Positions 1-8,231 of a stretch of 17,959 nucleotides of DNA are shown piece after piece. How positions within the stretch are numbered: position 1 is the stretch's first letter; each line of letters begins with the position of its first letter. The stretch is from contig JBHLPR010000046.1 of assembly GCA_048939245.1 (NCBI GenBank), positions 1 to 17,959 of the forward strand. The letters run 5' to 3'. The stretch is from Promethearchaeota archaeon. GTDB taxonomy: Archaea > Asgardarchaeota > Hermodarchaeia > Hermodarchaeales > Hermodarchaeaceae. The notes below the pieces were generated by a model. The model was given only the letters and a program-made list of their open reading frames with translations. It did no database searches and was not told where the DNA came from. Both the position numbers and the translations under genes were made by a program.

Positions 1-459
1 GTTGCTGGGTTAACTCGGAATCAGGTTTATCATCATCTACCAGGTCTAATTGATGCTGGTTATGTAATCAAATTTGGTGCGGTTTCAACAGGTAAACGGA
101 CGACAGATTATTTTCGGCGGACCGCGCAAACTTTTGTTCTTCCCCGAGATACACCGGTGGTTAATGAGAAATTTCAGGCCGAAAGGATGGCTAGAGATCT
201 AAAGCATATAGGGCAAGTGTTTGGGTTTAAAATTCCAAAGCAAGAGCGAGATGAGTTCATGCGTTTAGGGGTTATGATGTGGCAGATGAAAGAGGAGGGG
301 GCTAAGATTATTTTACGAGATTTGAGAGCAGATTTAGTTGATTCCGCGTCCCTTAGACTGTATGATTGGTTATTGGAGATGTATATGTTGGGGGTTGAAA
401 AGTACGTGCAATTGGGAAGACAGATGCAGGAAATTTTGTTCAGGGCTAAAAAGGAGTGA
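1..459 (+). CDS. Winged helix-turn-helix (ArsR-like) transcriptional regulator, 5'-truncated by the window edge
   Basis: Frame +1 is open from base 1: VAGLTRNQVYHHLPGLIDAGYVIKFGAVSTGKRTTDYFRRTAQTF, continuing into the listed 157..459 ORF. 'VYHHL..L.DAGYV' followed by 'Y.RTA' is the recognition helix and wing pattern of archaeal ArsR-like wHTH proteins. The GTG at 157 is therefore internal. Confidence 0.75.
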   Translation, partial: VAGLTRNQVYHHLPGLIDAGYVIKFGAVSTGKRTTDYFRRTAQTFVLPRDTPVVNEKFQAERMARDLKHIGQVFGFKIPKQERDEFMRLGVMMWQMKEEGAKIILRDLRADLVDSASLRLYDWLLEMYMLGVEKYVQLGRQMQEILFRAKKE

Positions 460-465
460 TGGGCA

Positions 466-1851
466 ATGGAAGATTTAGCTGAAATTGCTATTCAATCGGC
501 ATTAGATGCAGGAGCGGACTTTGCAGATATCCGAATCGAAGAAACTTATCAAACCAAATTTGAGATAAGCAATGGCATTTCAAAGACTTCGTTAGGTGCG
601 CAATTAAGAGGTGCGGGGATTCGTGCGTTCGTTGATGGTGCATGGGCGTTTGCACATGTAAGCGATTTTACTTCAAATGGAATGAAAAAAACGGGTCAGC
701 AAGTTGCTAAAACAGCCTTGGCGATTCGTGATCGTGTTGCTGAAAAATTTGACCTTTCAGGGCCTTGTTTTCAGGATAAAATTCGAATGAAAGTGAAGCA
801 GAAGTTTATTGATGTGCCTTTGGAGGAAAAAATGGCGCTTGTCCGTATGTTAGATGATGAGGTTCATGATGTTGATCGTCGGATAGCAAATACACAAACC
901 ATCTACCGTGATCTCTCAACCCAGTTGTATATTGCCAATTCGTTTGGTACAAGTGTTTGGGTGGAAAATTCTTTACCACGTATACTGTTGAGAATTACCT
1001 CTAAGGAAAATGGAATTAGGCAACGTGCTTGGGGTGAAACGGCTGGACGAGGGGGCTTCGAAGTGCTCGATGAAATTGCCCTCTGCAAGATCGCTCGTGA
1101 ATCTGCGAATCTAGCAATCGATTTGCTCAATTCAAAAACTGTACCCGGTGGAATCTACGATGTCATTCTTGATCCACGGTTAAATGCAGCAATGGTGCAT
1201 GAAGCCTTTGGGCACCCTTGTGAAGCGGATCACTGGGTTGCTCAAAATTCTGTATTAGAAGGATTACTCGGTCATCAAGTTGGTCCTGAATTTTTGTCTA
1301 TAGTTGATGACCCCACAATGCCTAGAGAGCGCGGATCTTTTGAATACGATTGGGAGGGAACTAAAACTTTGAAACGTTCACTTGTGAAAGCGGGAATTCT
1401 CACAGAGCTAATGCATAATCTTGAAACCGCTACGCGAATGGAAATGAAGCCTAATGGTGCAGCACGCTGTCAGTCTTTTATGTATCCGCCAATACCCCGA
1501 ATGAGCAACACCTACATGGAACCTGGTGATTGGGATCTCGACGAGTTGATTTTAGACACAAAAGAAGGTATTTTGCTTTGCGATTGGAATTACGGGTACA
1601 CAGATCATACTAAAGGGCAATTCATGTTCCAAGCCAGTTATGGTTATTTGATCAAGAAAGGCGAAAAGACCCAGATCATACGTGATGTGTCATTAGCTGG
1701 ACAAATCGTTGAGTTTTTGCATAAAATCGATGCTTTGGGAAACAAGCTAGGAATGTCTGCTGGAACTTGTGGAAAGGGAAATCAACTGGTTCCTGATAAT
1801 TCTGGAGGTCCTCATGCTAGGGTTCTACAAGTTCCTGTGGGAGGGATGTAA
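466..1851 (+). CDS. tldD: TldD family metalloprotease (catalytic subunit)
   Basis: 461 aa. N-terminal 'GADFADIRIE', metal-binding HEAFGH (HExxGH), 'DDPT', 'YDWEG', 'PRMSNTYM' and the conserved C-terminal Cys in 'TCGKGNQLVP'. SD AAGGAGTG overlaps the upstream stop. Confidence 0.95.
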   Translation: MEDLAEIAIQSALDAGADFADIRIEETYQTKFEISNGISKTSLGAQLRGAGIRAFVDGAWAFAHVSDFTSNGMKKTGQQVAKTALAIRDRVAEKFDLSGPCFQDKIRMKVKQKFIDVPLEEKMALVRMLDDEVHDVDRRIANTQTIYRDLSTQLYIANSFGTSVWVENSLPRILLRITSKENGIRQRAWGETAGRGGFEVLDEIALCKIARESANLAIDLLNSKTVPGGIYDVILDPRLNAAMVHEAFGHPCEADHWVAQNSVLEGLLGHQVGPEFLSIVDDPTMPRERGSFEYDWEGTKTLKRSLVKAGILTELMHNLETATRMEMKPNGAARCQSFMYPPIPRMSNTYMEPGDWDLDELILDTKEGILLCDWNYGYTDHTKGQFMFQASYGYLIKKGEKTQIIRDVSLAGQIVEFLHKIDALGNKLGMSAGTCGKGNQLVPDNSGGPHARVLQVPVGGM

Positions 1852-3201
1852 ATGAAACATGAACTATTAGACTTAGGAGACAAGGTCATACGCGATGCTG
1901 AAAAATTGGGCGCCCAGCAGGCCGAAGCTTATCTGACATCAAGGAAGCAAATTAGTGTTCAAGTTGAAAGGGGGGCAATTAAGTCTGCTGAGGAAAAACA
2001 TGATTTAGGTTGTGCTATTAGAGCAGTTTTGGACAAGAAATTAGGATTTGCATATACATCTACAATTAATCAAGAGGATATTCAAGCAAGAACTAGAGAT
2101 GCTATTAATTTAGCCAAAGTGTCTCTTCCTGACATCGAATTTCACAGTTTTCCTGAACACAGTAATGTCTACCGTGAAGTGTCAGGAATTTACGATAATA
2201 AATTATCCACACTAACGTCAGAACAGGCAATAGCGCTCATCTTTCGGGCAGTAGATTCATGTCGAGCTCATCTGAAAAAAAAGCGGGTCGTGATTCAAGG
2301 TGGACTTACAATTCAATCAAAAGAGACAGTAATTATCAATTCATTGGGTGTCTCAGGAATCTATCGGGACACACATATTGATCTCTCAGTGGATCCTACA
2401 ATAAAAGAAGATGGTCGCCAAGCATCGAGTTTTGAGTTCCAAATTTCACGAAGCCTCTCAAAGGCTAATCCTGAATGGGTTGGCGAAAGTGCAGCTAGAA
2501 ATGCTCAACGGCTGTGGCACCCAAAGACAATCCAAGAACGTCAACTTCCCGTAATCTTTTCTCCTATGGCTATCGACTTTCTCTTCAGGATTGGATTTGG
2601 AGACGCCTTTAATGCCGAAGAAGTCCAAATGAAGCGTTCATTTTTAGCGGATTTCGCAAATACCTCGATTGCTCCTGAGTTTTTCAATATCAGTGATAAT
2701 GCACTGCTGTCTAAAGGAAATAGGTCTAGACCGTTTGATGCTGAAGGTGTTCCCTCTCAAAATAATAAAATCATCTCAAAAGGGGTGCTAATGCATTTTC
2801 TTCACAACTCCTATACTGCAAATAAAGCTCAAGTTCCGAATACAGGTAACGCTAGTCGTGAATCCTATCAAAACTTTCCCACAATTTCTCCTACAAACTT
2901 GGTCATTACTCCAGGTCGTGGAACTCTTGAGGACCTAATCTCTCAAATTGGGAAGGGCATTCTTTGCCGAGTTACGTTTGACAAACCTAACATTAGCACT
3001 GGGGATTTCAGTGCCCTTATCATGGAGGGCTTTTATTTCGATAAAGGTGAAATTAAACATCCTGTAAAGAACACTCTCATTGGGATCAATATGCGCGATT
3101 TCTTTCAGAAAATTACGCTCATAGGGGCTGACGCTCGCTCTCTAAATACCGCTATAACGCCGTCTGTAGCCATCGAATCTGCGAAAATCACTTCTGGATA
3201 A
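1852..3201 (+). CDS. pmbA: PmbA/TldE family protein (non-catalytic partner of TldD)
   Basis: 449 aa. 'GAQQAEAY', 'SRPFDAEGVP', 'LHNSYTA', 'TGNASR', 'TGDFS'; no HExxGH. ATG directly follows the tldD TAA (TAAATG), suggesting coupling. Confidence 0.93.
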   Translation: MKHELLDLGDKVIRDAEKLGAQQAEAYLTSRKQISVQVERGAIKSAEEKHDLGCAIRAVLDKKLGFAYTSTINQEDIQARTRDAINLAKVSLPDIEFHSFPEHSNVYREVSGIYDNKLSTLTSEQAIALIFRAVDSCRAHLKKKRVVIQGGLTIQSKETVIINSLGVSGIYRDTHIDLSVDPTIKEDGRQASSFEFQISRSLSKANPEWVGESAARNAQRLWHPKTIQERQLPVIFSPMAIDFLFRIGFGDAFNAEEVQMKRSFLADFANTSIAPEFFNISDNALLSKGNRSRPFDAEGVPSQNNKIISKGVLMHFLHNSYTANKAQVPNTGNASRESYQNFPTISPTNLVITPGRGTLEDLISQIGKGILCRVTFDKPNISTGDFSALIMEGFYFDKGEIKHPVKNTLIGINMRDFFQKITLIGADARSLNTAITPSVAIESAKITSG

Positions 3202-3217
3202 ATTCGCCTATTTTGGC

Positions 3218-4129
3218 TCATTGATTTGTTGCAGTGTAATAGTAGATTGGTGTGTATTTTGCTTGGTTCGGGGTAAAGGTATCTTTACAATTCACGCATC
3301 CAAGTAGGTAATCTGGGTGTTTCGGATGGCTCTGACATGTGACACAATGGAAGACCTTACCGAGTGTGCGATACGTTCCTGGTGACAAGGAGATTTTGCA
3401 CTCGGGGCAGACAAGCCCTGAGGAAGAAGAGAAGGCTTCAATAAAGGCGGTGTGGTTGCAAATGAAATGTTCCAAGGCGATACCGGATTCTAAGGTTGGA
3501 AGGCCACATTTGGGACAGTAAGCATGTAAGAGAACTTGGTGGCTACGGCATTTTGGACATGTTATTATATTACCACAAATTCGACCTTGTATCAGACCAG
3601 CCGACATCATGGTGGTTAAGAGCCCATTGGTGTCCTCTGTTGATTTGCCCATAATTTCTTCAGCTAAAGGATATCTGTACCCATATTTTAGAGACCAAGC
3701 TGGGCGTAAGGGTTCTTGAGACCGTTGGAGCTCTTCTAAGAGCTCTTGGACTTCAGATTTAGCACATAAGGTTTTTCGAATTTGATCATTAGTTTTTGAA
3801 ACAATCGCGTTATAAATCTCTAAGAGCTTTGCTTGGTCAATTTTTCCGTCATGGTTGAAGTTGCTGAGTACTTGTTCCATTGGTTCCCCAAAGTCTTTCT
3901 GTCGTTCTTTTGGGGATAATAGAATGCAGTATAAATAGGGTGGATTTAGGTAGGTCACCCACGTTCGGTCCTTGACTGTGATGCCCGTGAAGCCTTTGGC
4001 TATCATTGTTCTCGTTGTGAATAGGACAATAGTTTCATCTTGAGATACTTCAAGTGTACTTGGGATAACAAATTTGATGATTGGACCCATTTTTGCATCG
4101 AATTCAAGAAGAACAGTACCACGTGGGAT
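3218..4129 (-). CDS. uDENN/longin-like N-terminal domain fused to a TackOD1-like multi-zinc-ribbon output domain
   Basis: The listed ORF 3218..4090 extends 13 codons upstream in frame (IPRGTVLLEFDAK-MGPIIKFVIP), restoring an 'FDxxxGP' longin/uDENN first strand-turn. Proposed ATC start at 4129 after GAGGGGGGG. The C-terminal half has 'GYRYP', a helical segment 'LLTTMMSAGLI', then CPKC, CPKC, EHxxC, CPEC, CVTC and CVNC, the pattern of the archaeal TackOD1 domain. Confidence 0.7.
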   Translation of the reverse strand: MPRGTVLLEFDAKMGPIIKFVIPSTLEVSQDETIVLFTTRTMIAKGFTGITVKDRTWVTYLNPPYLYCILLSPKERQKDFGEPMEQVLSNFNHDGKIDQAKLLEIYNAIVSKTNDQIRKTLCAKSEVQELLEELQRSQEPLRPAWSLKYGYRYPLAEEIMGKSTEDTNGLLTTMMSAGLIQGRICGNIITCPKCRSHQVLLHAYCPKCGLPTLESGIALEHFICNHTAFIEAFSSSSGLVCPECKISLSPGTYRTLGKVFHCVTCQSHPKHPDYLLGCVNCKDTFTPNQAKYTPIYYYTATNQ

Positions 4130-4220
4130 AGTATCCCCCCCTCAACATTTCATTTGTTTTGAATCTAGCCGCAACATCTCTGGTGAGCCACATTCTATTA
4201 TGCAATGAACCTGCGTTCAT
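4104..4220 (-). CDS. Putative 38-aa upstream ORF (MNAGSLHNRMWLTRDVAARFKTNEMLRGGYYPTWYCSS)
   Basis: ATG at 4220 preceded by purine-rich AGAGGAAAGAAG; TGA at 4106-4104. Overlaps the proposed start of the downstream gene. No homology recognised. Confidence 0.2.
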   Translation of the reverse strand: MNAGSLHNRMWLTRDVAARFKTNEMLRGGYYPTWYCSS

Positions 4221-4277
4221 CTTCTTTCCTCTACTCTGACATTCAGGGTAAAGGCGTTATTCCGCGTGAGTATGGTT

Positions 4278-4331
4278 TTACAGGCTCCAGGGATCGGGTG
4301 ATCCTTTATCGCCCGGTGGATAGACTTGCAT
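4278..4331 (-). CDS. Putative 17-aa peptide (MQVYPPGDKGSPDPWSL)
   Basis: ATG at 4331 preceded by GATGTGA, the same SD-like motif and similar spacing as before the VOC gene at 12560. A TATA-like TTTTAA lies at ~4376-4371 on the minus strand. Confidence 0.3.
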   Translation of the reverse strand: MQVYPPGDKGSPDPWSL

Positions 4332-4607
4332 TGAGTAATCACATCGAATTAGTAGTGAATGTGAGATGTGTTAAAAGATAGTTCAAAAAGACCTCTCGCG
4401 CCCTAGAATGGAATTTGGGTTGAAATCTGGCTGAGATTCGATATGAAAAGGCTAATTTTCTCTTAGAACAAAAAACTAGGTGTATTTTACTCTCTAAATC
4501 AACAATTGAGTATCATGCCTTAGGAAAAATGTAAAAAAACCTAAAGGCTTTCATTAAATCCTGCTTTCTCATGAAGGCACGAAACGACATTACTACTGAA
4601 GTGAAGT

Positions 4608-6011
4608 GTGTTGCTTAAATCTATCAGTCACCCACTTCGACCTATCATTGAGAAAATCTTGAAACGTGCAAAACCTGAGAGTGAAAGACCAGAGTTGAAA
4701 CGGCTTCTAACAAACATTTTACTTTATATTAAAAGAGTGGAGCTTGGCGAATTAACACCAGAAGAAAAGCGTTTTCCGGGCGTACCGCGCTTCCATTTTC
4801 TAGCCTTAGCACCTTCAACCCAACTCGCATCAATATTCTATGATCAAATACGAATTATCCATGACTATAATATACAATCCGCATCGAGAATTCGAGAAAT
4901 ACTGATACATCGACGGGGCGGGTTTTGGCCACAGGTCTACTCATCGAATCAAGTCGAAATTTTAGAGTTATTAAGTAATAATCCCACACTTAACGTATCA
5001 CAGCTTAGCCACATAACTGGGAGATCTCGTCCAACCCTTACAAAGATTCTGAATCAGTTACGTAATAGCTTTGGTCTTCGGCAAGGCTATACAGTAAATA
5101 CGAGTAAGTTTAAGCTAGTTAGATTCAGTGTTGTTTTTCGCACTAAATCCTTTGAAGCGTCACAGGCATTAGAAAAATGGGTTCTGGATGATAAACCGCC
5201 ATTTATTGGAAATATTATTTTTGATTTAAACTATCGAAATGGGTTCATCGTCTATTTGGTACCTTTACAGCAACGAGCGATTCGACTTTTTTACAAACGA
5301 GTGGATTGGCTAACCCGTAAGTTCTTTCAACACGTTCAGGTTCACCGTATATTCGCGTTGTTCTGGAAAGCACGGTTTGATGTTTATGATACAGAAAATG
5401 GTCGTTGGCAAATCCCGGAGATTCTCAAAAATTATCCGCATTCGTTTTTCAATGAATCTATCGCCTCAAATAAGGTGGATTTTCAGCGTTGTATTAGAAT
5501 GGAAGCACCGCTTCGATTTTCCCGCATTGATTATCTTCTAGCTAATTCCGATGTTATTGGTGGGTCTGCAATCCGAGGAAAACGTGAATTTCTCAGACGT
5601 TTTGATTATCATTTATCTGCGAATGTAGTGTGGTCTCGTTTCAAGCATCTGAAAGAAAATGGAGCTGTTGTTCCCTATGTCGTATTTGCAGGCGCTGGTC
5701 TAGAAGATTTTGTTTGCCTTTGTCTTTACTGTGATGCAGAGGTTCAAAGATTTATCAAATCGTTTGCAATGTTTCTACCATTCTCCTACGTCTATATTAC
5801 TGAGAAGGGTGTTGGATTGTTTTTCAAACGTCCTTTAGGATGGAGTGCAATTGTTAATAGGATTATCAAAGAAACACCCAAGTTATCGGGTGTAGATGAT
5901 TTTATGGTTGTGCATCAAGAAAGCCAATCAGGAATACACTTAGGTTACGAAATATACTCTCGATGGAATGAAAAAAGACAATATTGGGAGTTTAAAGAAA
6001 AGGAGATCTGA
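4608..6011 (+). CDS. Large regulator with two tandem Lrp/AsnC-like HTH + ligand-binding units (paralog 1)
   Basis: 467 aa. HTH 'ILELLSNNPTLNVSQLSHITGRSRPTLTKILNQL' followed by Lrp-type linker 'VNTSKFKL'. Second degenerate unit 'FSRIDYLLA...LSANVVWSRFKHLKENGAV...AGL'. Each half ends in a related aromatic motif (YDTENGRW / WNEKRQYW). Confidence 0.7.
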   Translation: MLLKSISHPLRPIIEKILKRAKPESERPELKRLLTNILLYIKRVELGELTPEEKRFPGVPRFHFLALAPSTQLASIFYDQIRIIHDYNIQSASRIREILIHRRGGFWPQVYSSNQVEILELLSNNPTLNVSQLSHITGRSRPTLTKILNQLRNSFGLRQGYTVNTSKFKLVRFSVVFRTKSFEASQALEKWVLDDKPPFIGNIIFDLNYRNGFIVYLVPLQQRAIRLFYKRVDWLTRKFFQHVQVHRIFALFWKARFDVYDTENGRWQIPEILKNYPHSFFNESIASNKVDFQRCIRMEAPLRFSRIDYLLANSDVIGGSAIRGKREFLRRFDYHLSANVVWSRFKHLKENGAVVPYVVFAGAGLEDFVCLCLYCDAEVQRFIKSFAMFLPFSYVYITEKGVGLFFKRPLGWSAIVNRIIKETPKLSGVDDFMVVHQESQSGIHLGYEIYSRWNEKRQYWEFKEKEI

Positions 6012-6048
6012 AAAACTATTTTCTCTTCTAAAGATGAGTTGAAACCGA

Positions 6049-6110
6049 ATACTAGCACTCAGTGGTGGGCATTCTAGTAATAGAACGCCCACTTTCTGAA
6101 TGCCTAGTGT
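6049..6110 (-). terminator. Long imperfect stem-loop directly after the stop codon of the 92-aa gene, between convergent genes
   Basis: Minus-strand RNA: ACTAG-g-CATTCAG-aaa-GTGGGCGTTCTA-[TTAC]-TAGAATGCCCAC-ca-CTGAGTG-CTAGT. Two of the stem positions pair as G·U only on the minus strand. Confidence 0.55.
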
Positions 6111-6389
6111 CTAATCCGGGCAGTCAATTCTCAGCCTTACTCCCCCGTGTTCAGATGGCCGTATGGAAATACGTTCCGGCGAATGAATGTTGAAATCTCG
6201 TGCGAGTACTCGTAAGAACAAACGGCAAAGTGCAGCCAATTGGCGAGATGCCTCCCACTGGGAAAATTGATTGACGTGAATGTATTGTGTCTTCTCTTCA
6301 CACAGGTTGAAACTTTGATCAGACGTCTCAACAGGAGACATCTTAAACTGTGCTATGTCGACCGTATCGTTTTCGATTGGTTCGGTCAT
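6111..6389 (-). CDS. Hypothetical 92-aa protein
   Basis: Fills an intergenic gap. SD GGTGGA upstream of the ATG, TATA-like TTATATTA at ~6497-6490 (minus strand), and hairpins in both UTRs. No family recognised. Confidence 0.55.
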   Translation of the reverse strand: MTEPIENDTVDIAQFKMSPVETSDQSFNLCEEKTQYIHVNQFSQWEASRQLAALCRLFLRVLARDFNIHSPERISIRPSEHGGVRLRIDCPD

Positions 6390-6422
6390 ATGAAGTATCC
6401 ACCAATATTTTTCATGCTTCGG

Positions 6423-6463
6423 CAGGGTTAGGCTGAAGGGTTGTGCTTGTTTCCCTAACCCCG
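6423..6463 (-). promoter_or_regulatory. 5'-UTR stem-loop of the 92-aa gene
   Basis: Minus-strand CGGGGTTAGG ... CCTAACCCTG forms a 10-bp stem (one G·U) enclosing 21 nt, just downstream of the putative TATA box. Confidence 0.45.
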
Positions 6464-6638
6464 TTCGTTATAGAGAATGGTTAGGTAAATAATATAAGAG
6501 AAGATTCTAACACGAATCGTTTCCTGATTCTAGATTTAAAGTCCAATCTGATAAGCTTTGGATTGAAAATCCGTTAAAAACTGTTAATACCCCTATTCAC
6601 TCGTTTTCCTTCCTTTTTTCGAATATTGATTTTAGCTA

Positions 6639-6655
6639 ATTCGGAAATTCCGAAT
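6639..6655. promoter_or_regulatory. Palindromic putative operator ATTCGGAA-A-TTCCGAAT upstream of regulator paralog 2
   Basis: Perfect 8-bp inverted repeat with 1-nt spacer in the divergent intergenic region. Confidence 0.45.
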
Positions 6656-6695
6656 ACCTACAAGCGTGTTTGGGCAATATTTTCTTTCAACCTAA

Positions 6696-8141
6696 ATGTT
6701 AAAAGAAGGCACCCTGGGATTACTTGCTGCAGGTCTTGGGATGGCTGATTATCGTAACATTCTAGAAGTGCGGAGCCAGCGAATCCTTGCTGCAATAGGT
6801 TCAACTACTGACCGTGAAAAAGCAACGCCCTTCTTAGAAGACATAATACGCTATGTTGTTGCAGCCTTTGAAGGCGAAGCTACATTTCAAGAAGGAGTAC
6901 AATCATTCAAGCCACTAGTGCCGATTCTTAATGGACCACTCTCGTATGAAATTGCCACTGAACTCGACTACCGGTTACGGCTTCTTGCGGAATACCAACT
7001 CCCTGTATTTGAGCGAATTTTTGGTTTCTTAACATCCGGGTTGAATACCCTTACATCTGCAACTTTAAGACGTCACCATATTTCATTCATTAAACTAGTA
7101 AACGAAAACCCGAATCAGGGCGTAGTTACCTTATCTCGGCAATTGAAGGTTAGCCCGCGTACTGTGAGAAAGAATCAACAAAATTTATCCAACCAGTATG
7201 GCCTTCGTATTGCTGGAATTTTAGATGTCCCACGGTTTGGGCTTTCCCATTTTGGTGTGCATTTTCGTACTCGTGGAATTGATTATGCTTATAATTTTGA
7301 AAAATGGGTTCGAAACCCGTCCAATGCCCTTGAACTTTCTCCCTTTCTATTAGGCTATGGTATTAACCCCAATCATTTTGATGGCTACTGCTCCTTTTTT
7401 GTTCCCGACAGGATACATTCCTTAAAAAGAATGGAGAGAAAATTAAAATGGCTTGAACAGGAATTTTTCGAGTCGATGACCATTCTGAAAATAATGGGTA
7501 CTTTTTCGAATGTAAGCTTTGATTCTTATGATTATGTTTCTCAGAGTTGGTCAATATCTGCCGATTTAAGTACAGAGGGTACTCTTAGTTTCATCAAGGA
7601 ACGCGGTCCTCAATTTTCATTACCTCGGGGAGTTCATTATTCAACAAAAATTAGTCGATTTCATGAGGTTGATTGGCTTCTTGCCCTCATGTATTGTACC
7701 GGGTTTCTTCAGAAAGCTGAACGTGTTACCACTCTGGCACGGTACGGATTTCCTTTAGCTGAAAAAACGGTTTGGGCTCATGAGCGTAGGCTCATCAGAA
7801 GTCGAACTCTCCTGCCAACAATCATGTTTAGTAATTTAGCCTTTGAAGACATTATCTGCATTATAATTCAGTGCGAAGAGCAGTTAGTGGCCAATTTAGT
7901 TCAAGTAGTAATACAATATGCCTACAGCAGGATCCATCCAACAAATGAGGGTGTTATTTTTTTCATCGGAGTTCCAACCGGAGGTTCAGGTCTAATAAAT
8001 CACTTAACACGCACTCTTGTCCAGGAGATAGGTATCCACCAATTTACTGTCCTCCGGCTGAAACAGGACCTTCCCCAAATGCCCTCGTTAAAGACTTATG
8101 CCCTATGGGATAACGAAAGTCAGCAGTGGAAAGGTGAATAG
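6696..8141 (+). CDS. Large regulator with two tandem Lrp/AsnC-like units (paralog 2); start may be ATG 6741
   Basis: HTH 'FIKLVNENPNQGVVTLSRQLKVSPRTVRKNQQNL' and linker 'LDVPRFGL'. Collinear similarity to 4608..6011 (FRT, EKWV, PF, FDxYD...W, 'D.LLA', 'VW', 'W....Q.W'). Confidence 0.7.
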   Translation: MLKEGTLGLLAAGLGMADYRNILEVRSQRILAAIGSTTDREKATPFLEDIIRYVVAAFEGEATFQEGVQSFKPLVPILNGPLSYEIATELDYRLRLLAEYQLPVFERIFGFLTSGLNTLTSATLRRHHISFIKLVNENPNQGVVTLSRQLKVSPRTVRKNQQNLSNQYGLRIAGILDVPRFGLSHFGVHFRTRGIDYAYNFEKWVRNPSNALELSPFLLGYGINPNHFDGYCSFFVPDRIHSLKRMERKLKWLEQEFFESMTILKIMGTFSNVSFDSYDYVSQSWSISADLSTEGTLSFIKERGPQFSLPRGVHYSTKISRFHEVDWLLALMYCTGFLQKAERVTTLARYGFPLAEKTVWAHERRLIRSRTLLPTIMFSNLAFEDIICIIIQCEEQLVANLVQVVIQYAYSRIHPTNEGVIFFIGVPTGGSGLINHLTRTLVQEIGIHQFTVLRLKQDLPQMPSLKTYALWDNESQQWKGE

Positions 8142-8231
8142 CTAATTATACGACTATACAATGAATCTGTGTGACCTACTCTTGTCTGGAAGGCTGGGCG
8201 TTTTCTCGCTTTTCGACTAGTTGTCTTCGAA

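Noticed and set aside
6049-6113. SECIS or pyrrolysine read-through signal in the hairpin after the TAG
   Set aside because: No AUGA/GA quartet or clean archaeal GAA/A motif, no selenoprotein-like in-frame TGA nearby, and read-through would run antisense into the neighbouring gene.
6415-6470. c-di-GMP-I riboswitch (the 'CCTTCAGCCTAACC' segment is vaguely similar)
   Set aside because: The GNRA hairpin and closing P1 elements are not present. Kept only as a generic hairpin.
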